This document shows positions 9,912-21,112 of a stretch of DNA of 64,000 nucleotides, piece by piece (position 1 is the first letter of the stretch; every line of letters starts with the position of its first letter). The notes under the pieces were generated by a model. It was not told the origin of the DNA. It did not search any database and saw nothing but the letters and a program-made list of their open reading frames with translations. The translations under genes were made by a program, and so were the position numbers. The stretch is from Corallochytrium limacisporum Hawaii (Eukaryota > Protista > Pluriformea): contig PDIP01000089.1 of assembly GCA_002811645.1 (NCBI GenBank), positions 88,303-152,302 on the forward strand, given 5' to 3'.

Positions 9912-12301
9912 TCCCCAGTCTTTCTTCTCCTTCCCTTCCCCCCCCCATCGCTAACCCCCCCCTCTTTTTGCACGGCAGTGCTTGGGTGGTGGTGGTGGTG
10001 GTGGTGGGTGGTTGTGTGTGTGTGTGCCTCTTTGTCTCACTTTTTCTTTTGCTTTTTCGCCAGGGCGTCCGCCCCTTTTTCTTTTTCTCTCTCTCTCCCT
10101 CTCTCTCTCTCTGTTTCTTTTATTCTTTTGTTGTCTTTTTGAGACCCCCGCCGCATCCTTGTTGATGGCATGCGACCAATTCCCGACGCGAAAATCAATT
10201 CATTCGGTATGGAAAAGGACCAATCAATTCCGAGGCCGCGGGGGGGAGGGGGAGGAGAGAGAGAGAGAGAAGGGAGGAAGAGAGGTAGAGGGGGGGGGGA
10301 AGGGAGACGGGTGGCCCACCACCGCTCATGCGCGTTCGGTCTCTCGGGTTTTTTATTTTACTTTTGTAAATTCGTCGCAAGGGAGAAGGCAGGAGGAACA
10401 TATCTCCTCAGCAACGGGAAATATTGCCTCACTTCCATCCGTATATTCAGTACTGGAACTGGCGTGGAGCTGAGAAACCAAAGAAAAAGCGGGTTGGGAA
10501 GGGGGGGAGGGGCGCGTTTGGATGGGAGGAAGAGAGGAGGGGGGAGGGGGGGAAACGCGTAGTTCCCTGAGCGACCGGAATAAAATCTTTGTGCGCGGCA
10601 AGAAAAAGAGAGAGAGAAAGCTGCCTGTTTTCAGATTAAAACCCGGGCAAGAATGGGAACTGGCACGCGTTCTTGTGCGCGCTTGACTTCACTTCGCCCG
10701 GCCCCGGGAGCGGAGGGGGGGGGGGCTTGGGACCAGCGAACGAGCAGCGGGGCCCCGGGGGGAAGGGGGGGAAATGACTGTTCTTCCTTCGTTTTCATTC
10801 CCGCGAGGCTCACGGTTTCACAGAGTTTTTTCCGGCCAATCACCGTTGCTGCCCAGGGACTGGGCGGAAACGGAGAACCACTCCCCGAGGGTGAGTGCAC
10901 CGGGAAAAATAGCAATGCAACAAACTCCAGCATTGGCCGACCCTCTCTTCAGGCGGGGGGCGCGGGCTGGCTGGCTGGCCTGGCCTGGCCTGAATTTAGA
11001 CTTTTGCTTTTTTTCATTCTCGGAAATTCTCTAGAATTAAAGGAGCGCAAAAAAAAACATTCGACAGTCATTCCTGCTCTCTTGCTGCTGGCTGCCTGAC
11101 TGGCCGGCCCTGTCTCTCCTTTTTCGTTCCGTTCCCCACAAAGGAAACGAAAGAAAACCTCCCCCTTTTTTCCCCTTTTCCTTTGGTCTCCGTCTCTGTC
11201 TCTCTACCCCGTGCCTGCGTTTATGAGCCTTGGCCCGGGCCATATTTCTCCCAAGCGCCCGCGCAGCCCCTTTTGCGCGGCGCCCGGAGTAGGAAGAACG
11301 AGAGAGGAAACGCCGTGCACCGGCTTCCCTTACTGAAAGTACCGGAATGCCGTCCAAAAAAGCCACAAGCCCTCCCTGCCATCGGTCCTTCTCGTCCCGG
11401 GTGATTTCTTGGGGAGCCGGGCAAAAGGAAAAGAAAGAAAGAAAGAAAAAAAATGAAAAGAGGGAGAAGAGGGGGGGGGGGGACCGAAAAGGCTGTCGCG
11501 GCTCTGTCCTGTCCAACCCTTCCTGCGCCACACCATTCTCCCCCCCCCTTCCCCTCTTCCCGCCGTTTCCATCTTTTTTTATTAAAAGAAAATTGCTACT
11601 ACTCTGGGCGTCTCCTTATCTTTTGTTCCAATATACACTGTGCACAGCATAACAACCCCTTCCAAACTATTTTTGTAACCAGTTCTCTTCGCTCGCCCTC
11701 TCTCTCTCTCTCTCTTTCGCTGTATCCTGTGTCTCCCTCCCTTTCCATTATTATGAAGGGTGTCATTTTTTTATCCCCTTGTGCCCATCACGCGGGTCCG
11801 TTCCGGAGCTCTCACTCCCAGCGCTGGGGTTTTGTTACATGGACCGGAGTGGACCAGTTAGTTCGGTATGGCCCCTAAATTCCTTCCCCCGACTCTCTTC
11901 CCTTGTATATATTTTCTTTTTATTTTTCTTTCTTGTCTATGTGAACAGATTTTGTCCCGTCCCTTTTTTTGTCTTTTTATATTTCCAGGTAATACTTTCT
12001 TTTTTTATTCTCTGTCTCTCGTCCCCCCCCCCTTCCCCCCTTCCCTCCGCTTTTTATTTTGTATTTTTTTTTTAATTCTTTGGTAGCGCTCCGCGCGTCG
12101 CTTGGAGAAGGGCACGGAGGTTGTCGGGGGTCGCATTTTCCAGCGTGCCGCTGATTGGCTGCAGCCGTGCGGCCATGGCAGCCCACCCAGCCAGATTGCA
12201 ATGGGTGCGTTTGGCTGGGAGGGACAAAACCGGGGGAAGTCGGGAGGTGGAAGGGAGGGGAGGAGAAAAGAGGGGGGTGGGGAGTTTTCTTCAGGCGGGT
12301 C

Positions 12302-12347
12302 GGGAAGGGAAGGGAAGGGAAGGGAAGGGAAGGGAAGGGAAGGGGGG
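12302..12347 (+). repeat. (GGGAA)8 tandem repeat followed by a G run; potential G-quadruplex
   Basis: Read directly: eight GGGAA units then a G run. Confidence 0.85.
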
Positions 12348-12833
12348 TTTTTTGGAGACGAAAGGGAGGTGAGCACGGGCGGGGTGGAGCCGTAGTCCGT
12401 GGGCTGTTCCGGAGGGCGGAGTCGTTGCTGGAGGGGACCAAGCGGCCCACGACCAGGCATGGATGACAGTGCTTTAGGCTGAGTTTCTTTTGTTTAAGCA
12501 TGCTTGCATTCCGTGGTGTGATGCGGATTTAAGACAATGTTGTTACTGTAACAATGATTGGGGGAAATATGAATGAAGAGGGAAGGGCAACGCATATGCG
12601 GATTTGGCTTGTGTGCCCACAGTTTGACCAGTCACCATCGTTGCCTTCATCGGGAATCGTCCATGCACACATCATCGAACACTTAAATGACGCCCACCAG
12701 TTTAAAACAAAGCGTCCTGCGGAGATTGGGGACCTTGGGCATGCTAAGCTAAAGTACTGTGTATATGTTACTATTCGTTATGGTGAAGTTTTGGTACGCA
12801 GAAAGCCCCATGTGTTTGTTGATGGCTCGCGGT

Positions 12834-15236
12834 CTATACCGATTCGACTGAGGGAGACCGTTCGGACAGGGGTTCCACACCGGGCACTTTCTGGCCGTTC
12901 AAGAAGGAGTTCAGCACGTAGCCGTGCTCATCTGCCTGCAGAGTCACGTTCTTGATCGCTTTCAACTGCTCATTCGGGAGGATATATCTGAGACCCTGGC
13001 GCAGCAAGTCTTCACTCGTTTGGGAATACTTGCATTCTTCGGATGCCCGCTCCCGATGAAGGGCACGGATAGCCTCGCTCAGATACTGCAAAGTGGCCTT
13101 GTTGATGGGCTGGCCACCAAATTTGCGTAGTGCTCCAGTGTGTGGACGCCAGTCATGCGCCATGCGGAAATAGACGTCCTGTAGCAGTTCAGCGTACTCT
13201 TGTCTTTTCGATTTCTGAACGACTGGTGCACGTACCTTCTCGAGCATCGACACAAATTTTGCATCACTCCACAGCCGTGTTATGATTACTGGATGCTCTA
13301 CTTCCCCATGGTGAAGCCTGAATGCAAAGAGGGCTGTTGCAAACTTTCTGACCGTCTCATCGTCGGCAAAGCCTAGATCCTCTGGCCAAAGATTCAATCC
13401 CTTCAAGATATCCTCCCTTACATCTCTCAATACAATTGAATTGGCACCCAGCACGGATGGATGCGCCATCATAAACATAATCTCAATGGCATCCTTTAAA
13501 GCAACATGGCGCCTGCGCCTTTCTGTCGCATTCAAACCGAATGCAGATGCAGTGTTGGCTTCGATAAACTTCGGGATGGACGGGATAGTCATATGTGCCA
13601 CAATGTTGTCGATACTGTTGACCTTAGAACACGCTTGATAACAATGGAAGATATCGATGCAGGCTTTCAGATACTTCTGCACTTCAACGTGCTCAAGGTT
13701 GTCACTGAGAAAAACGGTCTCGTCAGGCGTTTCCTTACCGTCATCCTCAGTGTTTCCCTCGGTTTCATCCGCATTCTCCTCTTGTTGACTCTCCTCGGCT
13801 TGGATGACGGTGGTCGTTTTCGTCCTCCCTAAAACCTTCTGAGTCAGATCCTCCACTGCCATCCATCGAATATAGTGGATGTGTCGATCACGGATGAGGG
13901 TAGGGTCAGGTACGGGAGGCTTCCATGCCCTCTCCAAGACAGCAATGATGCGTTTGGAAAGCTGACGCCTCTTCTGGTTGTCCGGCATTTGCAGATGCAG
14001 CTGGATCCACAAGAATATCAGATTGTGACTCTTTCTGCGGGCCACACTCAAGTCAATCATATGAATCAGTGAATTCTGCTGTTGCTCCTTGTTAAGATGT
14101 CGATTCACCAACTTGATGTAAGGTTCTACGACCTTGATCGCCAACGATGTTGGCGGTACCTGCATCATCCAAAGGTCACCAAGTTTATCAAAGTGGACAT
14201 CTACGAACTCGGAGAGCAGGCGTTGAAAGCCATCCGCAAGGGTTCGCCACTTAAACCCAATGGGCTGCAGTGGCCCTGTCGTGAAAGCCTGTTCCAGTAG
14301 TTGAGCTCTAAGATGTAGACGCAGCAACGGGTCACCCTGGAGGAGAGACAGTTTCCCAAACAGGTCAGCGCATAACCTGAAATCCACTTTGTAGAGGTGA
14401 CAGTCCTGCATTGCTTGTTCCATCATGCGATTATGGATATCGCTCACTTCAAGCAGGGTCTCTTCGGAGTCGAAACTCCAAGGAGTAGTGTATCCACTCG
14501 CTCTACAGTCCGCCAGGTACAGTAAATATGGAATGGCTTTGTACCTCAGAACACCATTAGGATCATCGACAGCACGAGAAAGACTCGAATACAGTTGCTG
14601 CGTTTGTCCCACTTTCTTTATACCTTCAGTGAGCACCATTGCGCCAGTGTACGTCAAGGCTGCTCCTTGTGGTCGGGTAGCTTGTGCAAACTCACCGGCC
14701 CGCGGCAAGTTTGTCTTCTTTCTAGGAGCTGTCGCCGGTGACGAAGAGTCCTTGCTCTGCTTTCCGGAATGTATTGGCCTTCCGGAGCCCTTCGTCTCCG
14801 ATTTTGAAGGTGAACGCTTCGGCCTTTTCGCAGATCCTTCAACATCTAAGATTTTCTTCGCACTACGCTTAGCACGGATACCGCTAATCCTCCGTACCTT
14901 TACAACTATAGGTGGCTTCACATCCGCTACGACCACATTTGGCGGTGTCTCAGTCGCAGATTCCTTCAGAATGACCTGCAATGCTTTCTTCATTTCTTCA
15001 ACCTTGGCAGTCTTAAAGCCTTCAAGCGATTGTTTCTTCGTTGTGATTCTGTCCGTTTTGCTACCAGCTTTACTCACTTGGCGTTTTTCGAGTGATTTAA
15101 CTTTCCTTGCCGGCTCAGTGAGCTTTACCGGCTTGGGAAGGCTGGGATGCTTTGGTGCGGTTGTTGACAGTCCTGCGACCCATGGTATCTGCCAGCGAAT
15201 TAAGTGGGGCCTTGAGGCCCTCCAAATCAATGACAT
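12834..15236 (-). CDS. Hypothetical 800-aa protein, possibly mitochondrial
   Basis: Long ATG-initiated ORF. Arg-rich, acid-free N-terminus (MSLIWRASRPHLIRWQIPWVAGLSTT), K/S-rich disordered region, then a helical-looking body. Family not recognised. Confidence 0.8.
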   Translation of the reverse strand: MSLIWRASRPHLIRWQIPWVAGLSTTAPKHPSLPKPVKLTEPARKVKSLEKRQVSKAGSKTDRITTKKQSLEGFKTAKVEEMKKALQVILKESATETPPNVVVADVKPPIVVKVRRISGIRAKRSAKKILDVEGSAKRPKRSPSKSETKGSGRPIHSGKQSKDSSSPATAPRKKTNLPRAGEFAQATRPQGAALTYTGAMVLTEGIKKVGQTQQLYSSLSRAVDDPNGVLRYKAIPYLLYLADCRASGYTTPWSFDSEETLLEVSDIHNRMMEQAMQDCHLYKVDFRLCADLFGKLSLLQGDPLLRLHLRAQLLEQAFTTGPLQPIGFKWRTLADGFQRLLSEFVDVHFDKLGDLWMMQVPPTSLAIKVVEPYIKLVNRHLNKEQQQNSLIHMIDLSVARRKSHNLIFLWIQLHLQMPDNQKRRQLSKRIIAVLERAWKPPVPDPTLIRDRHIHYIRWMAVEDLTQKVLGRTKTTTVIQAEESQQEENADETEGNTEDDGKETPDETVFLSDNLEHVEVQKYLKACIDIFHCYQACSKVNSIDNIVAHMTIPSIPKFIEANTASAFGLNATERRRRHVALKDAIEIMFMMAHPSVLGANSIVLRDVREDILKGLNLWPEDLGFADDETVRKFATALFAFRLHHGEVEHPVIITRLWSDAKFVSMLEKVRAPVVQKSKRQEYAELLQDVYFRMAHDWRPHTGALRKFGGQPINKATLQYLSEAIRALHRERASEECKYSQTSEDLLRQGLRYILPNEQLKAIKNVTLQADEHGYVLNSFLNGQKVPGVEPLSERSPSVESV

Positions 15237-15741
15237 CTATAGTTTCATATGAAAGAGGCCCAAACGCGCCTTCGCGAACCCTATGGCCAACAATCAAGAC
15301 CCAACCCGGTCTCAAATTGTCGCTGTATCCGTGTCATTCTTCGTCTTCTGTGGTTCGATCTCCCATCATTTTCCTCATACACAATGCATCGATCCAGGTC
15401 GTCATTACATTACATACTAATTCCCAAGGAACCATTCTGAAATAGCTCAGTGTTGACCTAAAAAACGCGTGTCCCGCCAAAACACGTCTTAGAGTACCCT
15501 GCTGCGCGACTGCTTGAGACCCGCCTCAGGCCCCGATTGCACGCGGGACTCTACGCGATATTAGGGCTTGAAAATGGACTCCTGTTTCCGCTTCCCCCCC
15601 TTGCTCCACTGCCCGCTCAGCCGTGGCTGTGAGCACTCGCAACAAACACGGCAATGAGGAGCTCTGCGTATTTAGAGTGCTTCTAACTCTTCGTTGCGGT
15701 CGTGCTAGGAAGATTTTGTCAATTAGACACGTAATGCAGTC
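15237..15741. promoter_or_regulatory. Putative bidirectional promoter between the 800-aa gene and UFM1
   Basis: 505-bp head-to-head interval containing ACGCGT (15465-15470) and E2F-like CCCGCCAAAA (15473-15482). Confidence 0.45.
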
Positions 15742-16011
15742 ATGGCAGATGGAGGGAATAAAGTGACCTTCAAGGTCGTCCTTGGATCGGATCCAAAGCT
15801 GCCCTACAAAGTGCTGAGTGTGCCAGAGGAAACGCCTTTCTTTGCAGTGATCAAGTTTGCAGCAGAGGAATTCAAGGTGTCGGCAGCCACTTCAGCCATG
15901 GTTACGGGAGAAGGTGTTGGGATCAACCCAAAGCAAACGGCAGGGAACATTTTCCTTAAGTACGGAAAGGAATTGCGACTCATTCCACGTGATCGAGTAG
16001 GCACCAGCTGA
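15742..16011 (+). CDS. UFM1: Ubiquitin-fold modifier 1
   Basis: [23 protein letters not shown]...[16 protein letters not shown]...LIPRDRVG, with a 2-aa pro-extension (TS) after the conjugating Gly. Confidence 0.97.
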   Translation: MADGGNKVTFKVVLGSDPKLPYKVLSVPEETPFFAVIKFAAEEFKVSAATSAMVTGEGVGINPKQTAGNIFLKYGKELRLIPRDRVGTS

Positions 16012-16083
16012 ATGCAACTTCGAACTTAGTTGGCGTAATAAGAATACTGTACACTTTAATTATTGCTAAAGAGTCTGGTCTGT

Positions 16084-18480
16084 TTAGGCAGAACGCCTCT
16101 TCTGTTTGTCGAAAACCTTCATGATCTTCTTCTTACGGTTCTTGCTCAGTTGTTTACCGTCCCTGTCGTGCGTTGGGTAACCCTTGTCATCGAACTCAGA
16201 GAATAACGTCTCTCGCTGTTCGTAAGCCTCCTGCGGGCTCACTTCCACGATACCGTCTGCATCAACGGCCACGGGCTTCGCCACGGACTGCGGTACCTTG
16301 ACTTCATCGGCACTGGCCTTGCCACTAGCACCACGCATGGGCGGGTGCCGCACGGCTTCAAACGGTGACTCAGAACCCTCCGCGGTGCTCGCGGCCCGTG
16401 CGCTGCTCAGGGTAGCGGCGTACTGATTCGGGCGGCCACCAGTGAAGCTGCGCTTATCAAAGATTGCCCATGAACTGAAGTCCTTGTAGTCCTTGATCTC
16501 AACACCAATGTCGACCAAATGTCGGTCCCTCAGTTCGTCACAATATCTAAGTATGTCCGTTGGATCAGCGGTGCCGTCTTTGCTGCCGCTGACATCCGGT
16601 CCCTCTTGACGATCCTCAGAAGTGACTGCCGCGGCGGCGGCGGCGGCGGCAGCCTTCTTGTTCCTCTTGCCGTGCCGCTTGCTCTCGCGCAGACGCTCAA
16701 TGCCCAGGTTCCGCACTGCGGAACGGAAATCAACCATACGATCCAGCAATTTGTCGAGAATCGGTTCCGTCGTTGTGATGGTGCTGACACCAGCCTCACG
16801 CTTGACGGTAAGCTCAACACCAAAATGGCGTAGAGTGTTGTCTACAAAATAGCTCAGGTTGAAAAGGAGCTCACGGGGCGGCTGCTCAGGAGCTTCCAGG
16901 TCTTGGGAAGGCTTTGAGAGGTATACATTGGTCTCATTGACCAGGTCGACCAAAATTTGTAGAGCAGTGGGGGTGTCAAAATCGTCCTTGATGGCATCCA
17001 CAACTCGCTGACGCGCGTTCTGCAGCTTGAGGTTCAGGTCATATTCGTCGTTACCCCAAGTCCGTGAAGGCCGCTTCATCTCCTCCCCTTTGCGCATACG
17101 GATAGCAAGATTGTTGAAGTAATCCGTGAATTTCTTCTCTATAGTTGTGGCCTCCGCCATTGATTTCTCATTGAACTCAATGACGCTCGAATACTTAGAC
17201 TGTAGGCAGAAAATGCGGAATTGTGTGCCTGAATACTCCCGCAGGAACTGCTTCACCGTAGTAAAGTTCTTCAGACTCTTGCTCATCTTTAATCCCTGGA
17301 TGTTCAGATGTCCCGCATGCATAAAGTAGTCGACCCATTGGTCGCAGTCATGGAACGCCTCGCACTGGGCGATCTCATTGTCATGGTGGGGGAATGCAAG
17401 GTCTGCGCCCCCGGTATGCAGAAGCATGTGCTTGCCAAAGAAACGGCTGCTCATTGCAGAGCATTCGACATGCCATCCTGGACGGCCTGCTCCCAGGGCT
17501 TCAACTTCCCAGCTCGGTTCACCGTCTCGTGCATGCTTCCACATGGCAAAATCACGAGGATCTTTCTTCCATTTCTGATTGCCGACTTCGTCTTGAATTT
17601 CAGTGGCCTCGTCTTCAGCAATGGAGGGATTGGAAGCAATGTTCTTCTCCTGCTGCTGTTGCTTCGCCTGGAAATCCTTCTGCCGATCTGGTCGCAGTCG
17701 GCCGTAGTTTGGACCGTGCGCACCTACGTCGAAATACACATCTCCGATGTCATTACGGTATGCTTTCTTTTTATCCAGCAGTTGTTTCACAAAGTCCGCA
17801 ATCTCAGGCACGTGTTCGGTGACCCGCGTAATGGCATTCGGGGGTCGCACATTCAGCTTCTGCATGTCTCTCATGAACTCAATTTCAAAATACCTTGCTA
17901 GCGTGTGCGAATGGACATTGAATTCCTCCGCCCGGGCGATTATCTTGTCGTCCACGTCTGTCATGCCAAGTACCAAAAAGACATCCAGGCGGAAAAAGTC
18001 CACCAGCAGTCGACGAATAATGTCGAAGCGTACGTAGCAGCTGGCATGGCCCAAATGCGCCTGATCGTAGACTGTGGGTCCGCACTGGTACCACTTGACA
18101 GGCCCATCCGTCGGAATGATAAATGGTACTTTGCATTTTGTGAGACTATTGTAGACCTTGATGCCCATGTCCCGGCCCATAGGAGGTTTCCAGTCATTGG
18201 GAAGCTTTTTAGGAGGTCCCTCCTCTGCGGGTGTATCTTTCTTTGCTGTCCGATCAATCCAGGGTGCACCACCCCAGGCATTACCACGAATATTTTCTCC
18301 TCGGAGACGATCATTACTAAACACCGCCGTCGATTTCCACGCCGCCTGGTTGAAATGTGGGAAAGCTGGGACCACAAGGCGAAGCCGGCTCAGCGTCCGT
18401 CTTGTTGTCGTAGGCCCATAGCCTCGAAAGGCTCGCAACGCACTTTTTTGTAGCATTGTGTTGAAGAGTTCACTACACAT
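16084..18480 (-). CDS. CARS2: Cysteinyl-tRNA synthetase with mitochondrial (CARS2)-type core and N-terminal presequence
   Basis: CGPTVYD, HLGH, TDVDDKII, GRPGWHVECSAM, DLAFPHHDNE and KMSKSL. Arg-rich presequence; alternative ATG at 18456. Confidence 0.92.
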   Translation of the reverse strand: MCSELFNTMLQKSALRAFRGYGPTTTRRTLSRLRLVVPAFPHFNQAAWKSTAVFSNDRLRGENIRGNAWGGAPWIDRTAKKDTPAEEGPPKKLPNDWKPPMGRDMGIKVYNSLTKCKVPFIIPTDGPVKWYQCGPTVYDQAHLGHASCYVRFDIIRRLLVDFFRLDVFLVLGMTDVDDKIIARAEEFNVHSHTLARYFEIEFMRDMQKLNVRPPNAITRVTEHVPEIADFVKQLLDKKKAYRNDIGDVYFDVGAHGPNYGRLRPDRQKDFQAKQQQQEKNIASNPSIAEDEATEIQDEVGNQKWKKDPRDFAMWKHARDGEPSWEVEALGAGRPGWHVECSAMSSRFFGKHMLLHTGGADLAFPHHDNEIAQCEAFHDCDQWVDYFMHAGHLNIQGLKMSKSLKNFTTVKQFLREYSGTQFRIFCLQSKYSSVIEFNEKSMAEATTIEKKFTDYFNNLAIRMRKGEEMKRPSRTWGNDEYDLNLKLQNARQRVVDAIKDDFDTPTALQILVDLVNETNVYLSKPSQDLEAPEQPPRELLFNLSYFVDNTLRHFGVELTVKREAGVSTITTTEPILDKLLDRMVDFRSAVRNLGIERLRESKRHGKRNKKAAAAAAAAAVTSEDRQEGPDVSGSKDGTADPTDILRYCDELRDRHLVDIGVEIKDYKDFSSWAIFDKRSFTGGRPNQYAATLSSARAASTAEGSESPFEAVRHPPMRGASGKASADEVKVPQSVAKPVAVDADGIVEVSPQEAYEQRETLFSEFDDKGYPTHDRDGKQLSKNRKKKIMKVFDKQKRRSA

Positions 18481-19055
18481 AGGCTATTCCAGCATAACAC
18501 TCGCTCTACACAATACTACAGTAGGTTCATGTTGCAGTTCTTTGCCCCTCTGGTTCCACTTTCTCCGCAGGACGTTACACAAAATCCCATTTCAAAATTT
18601 CTTTATGAAAACCCTGTTTCTTTATGCTCCAAGTTCCTGCAAGGGCTCATGATCACTTACTTCTAGCCCGCGACGACTTAAGGACCTCAAACTCGCTCCA
18701 CTCGCTACCATGTGACCGTGCCAAAAGGAAAAGTGTAGAACTCAAGGTCTCACGAAGCAAACACCGGGAAAATGGGACCCCGGGCGGTGCGCCCGGGGGC
18801 GCTAAATATTGGGGGCGCTAGGGTCCGGTGCCGTTTAGGGCTGAGTGTTTCTCCGGCGGGGCCCGCTGCGGGGAGCCTGAGCGAACGATCGGGCGGGAGG
18901 GACGGGAAAGACTCGTAGGGACGTCCACGAAGAAGAGAGCTTGGTGTGGATCTGAACCATCGCATGAGCTTTTGTTTGTTTTCCATCTTCTGTACAACGT
19001 GTGCTAGCCGACTATATATCTATTTACTTAGACAGTGAGATGTGGAGCGATTCAT

Positions 19056-20666
19056 TCACGGCTTCATACTGCGCATGCGGCCGGTGGCAACCCAATCTGG
19101 GCGGGTACTGGAGCTCTTACGTGTTAGCTGTGGTAGGCGCACCTCTGTCCAGCGGGAGTACTGTGCGGACTGCGCAATGGCATCCACAACATGCTGAGTG
19201 TACAGCGACGTCTCCAAGGTCGGAAGAACGGCTGACATGGGCCGGATGAGACTACCCTTGAGCACAGGAATGTACGAGGCCGGGTATGGCAGAGGTGCAG
19301 GCGGCTGTTTCTTCACCGCGATCGCTCGTAAGGTCTCCTTGACTTCCTGCCACATCGATTCCAGGGCTGGTGAGCTGTTTGTGGGGGGCACATGGAACAG
19401 CAGGTCATCACTGTTGTCGTTGCTGACCTCTCCCGCATTTGTGTTCACGAGCAGCCGCTCCCCACCGAAAGGAGCATAGAAGACGCCTTCTTCTGTTAAT
19501 TCAACCGATCCCTCTGAGCCCACACACAGGATGCTCACCAGAGAGGATTCATGATCTGCATGATCTCCTTTTCGCTGTGGACGCGGGTTCAAGCGGCTCA
19601 CCATCAGGTTAATGGGCATCAGAGTGCCCTCCGTGACCATGTGAGCACACACCAAGTTGTCGCTGCTGATGACCGTAAAGTTCACGCCCGGATCTCCGGT
19701 CGTATTCGTGACCTTCACACCCAAGGCTCCACTGCGACCGAGTACAGTATCATCGCTGAGGCGTCTATGATGCCCACGATTGCTCCCCGTGAAGGAATCC
19801 TGTGGTGTGATGTCCCCTGTGGCGCTTCCCGGTTTCAATGATTTCGGTGGCAAAGGAGCAGGCAATGATTGCTTGCACGTCCTCAGCAGTCCACTGGCCC
19901 GTAGGATTCGTGTCGGAAGAACTGTGACGAGAATATCTACCAAGAGCTGTACCTCTGTACGCAGGACACCGCCACCAACGATGGCATCATCGCGCCAATT
20001 GTAGCGCCGGAATGTGCCGTCCGTACTCAGTTCTGGATAGGGGAGCATGACTTCTGCTTTGATGTATTGCAGCTCACCGATGTAGTACCCGTGTTCCTCA
20101 GGGAGTATGCTGGATGCCGTGGTTTGTTCCGAGTCAATGGCGGCATTCATAGTGTCCGCGTTCCGTCTCTGCATGGCCGGTGTCAGAACCGATGCCTCCA
20201 GGATGGCCTGCAATAGCCGGACCTTCGGACTGAACAGCTCTGCACAGCAGACAAAGCAAAGTCGTCGGTCGTTTTGCTGGACAGCATTGAGCACACTCAA
20301 GGCCTCCGCACGCGTAAGAGCAATCGGTTTCTCGATCAGAACGTGGTGACCCAAGTTGATTGCTTTGATCGCGTAGTCTGCGTGTGTGTGCGGTGGAGTG
20401 CAAATGACTATCACGGACGGAACAGCCACTTCACGCAGTACATATTCAAGATCTGTACTCGCTAAATTTGCCGGATGTTCATCGATGAAAGTAGCCAGAG
20501 AGTTGCGAGTCCTACCCCAAACAGCCGCGACTTCGAACCCCGCTGACTTGGCTGCTATGTATTGCAAGGTTGCACGTTTTCCGGTACCGACAATGGCCAC
20601 CGCTGGCATAGGTTCATCCTCTCCCACCGGCGTCCCGCCGTTGGCACTGCCCATTGAGGACCGCAT
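19056..20666 (-). CDS. Gfo/Idh/MocA oxidoreductase-family protein (GFOD1/2-like)
   Basis: VAIVGTG Rossmann start, ICTPPHTH, HVLIEKP and YNWxxDxxxGGGVL. First ATG is 20666; the track start at 20693 is TTG. Confidence 0.82.
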   Translation of the reverse strand: MRSSMGSANGGTPVGEDEPMPAVAIVGTGKRATLQYIAAKSAGFEVAAVWGRTRNSLATFIDEHPANLASTDLEYVLREVAVPSVIVICTPPHTHADYAIKAINLGHHVLIEKPIALTRAEALSVLNAVQQNDRRLCFVCCAELFSPKVRLLQAILEASVLTPAMQRRNADTMNAAIDSEQTTASSILPEEHGYYIGELQYIKAEVMLPYPELSTDGTFRRYNWRDDAIVGGGVLRTEVQLLVDILVTVLPTRILRASGLLRTCKQSLPAPLPPKSLKPGSATGDITPQDSFTGSNRGHHRRLSDDTVLGRSGALGVKVTNTTGDPGVNFTVISSDNLVCAHMVTEGTLMPINLMVSRLNPRPQRKGDHADHESSLVSILCVGSEGSVELTEEGVFYAPFGGERLLVNTNAGEVSNDNSDDLLFHVPPTNSSPALESMWQEVKETLRAIAVKKQPPAPLPYPASYIPVLKGSLIRPMSAVLPTLETSLYTQHVVDAIAQSAQYSRWTEVRLPQLTRKSSSTRPDWVATGRMRSMKP

Positions 20667-21003
20667 GTGTTCTACAGAATCTAATCGAAACAAATCTTCG
20701 CGATCACATCCTGGACTCGTATATGCTGCACTGATTTCTTCCCCATCAGAATCACAAATCCCTAAGGATCGTTGTAACTGTTACCTGTATTATAGAAGAA
20801 TACGGTCTAAAAAAACCATCGGCGCCCGTGAAGTAACTAGTCGTGCTAACGCGGACTGTTTGAGGCCAAAGCCACTGAGACTTCCCGGCCTCTGGAACCC
20901 TAATTCCCTGGGGGACATAACGACGGAGACTTCTAGCTTCCCGCCCTCTCGCTTCCTTCCATTTCTTCCTCTTCACTTGCTCCCTTTGTGTTTCGTCCTC
21001 TTT

Positions 21004-21004
21004 G

Positions 21005-21035
<31 letters not shown>

Positions 21036-21112
21036 GTCTCTCTGTCTCTCTGTCTCTCTGTCTCTCTCTGTGTCCCTCGCTCTGTCTGTCCCTTTCTCTG
21101 TCTCTGTATCTC
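21004..21112. repeat. Imperfect (CT)n/(CTCTGT)n microsatellite
   Basis: Seen directly, upstream of the GFOD-like gene. Confidence 0.8.

Noticed and set aside
9500-12500. Many 60-170-aa ORFs in the low-complexity island (likewise 29.9-32 kb and 34.5-35.5 kb)
   Set aside because: Translations are homopolymer-derived (poly G/P/F/K/R), mostly non-ATG starts, with no coding signal.
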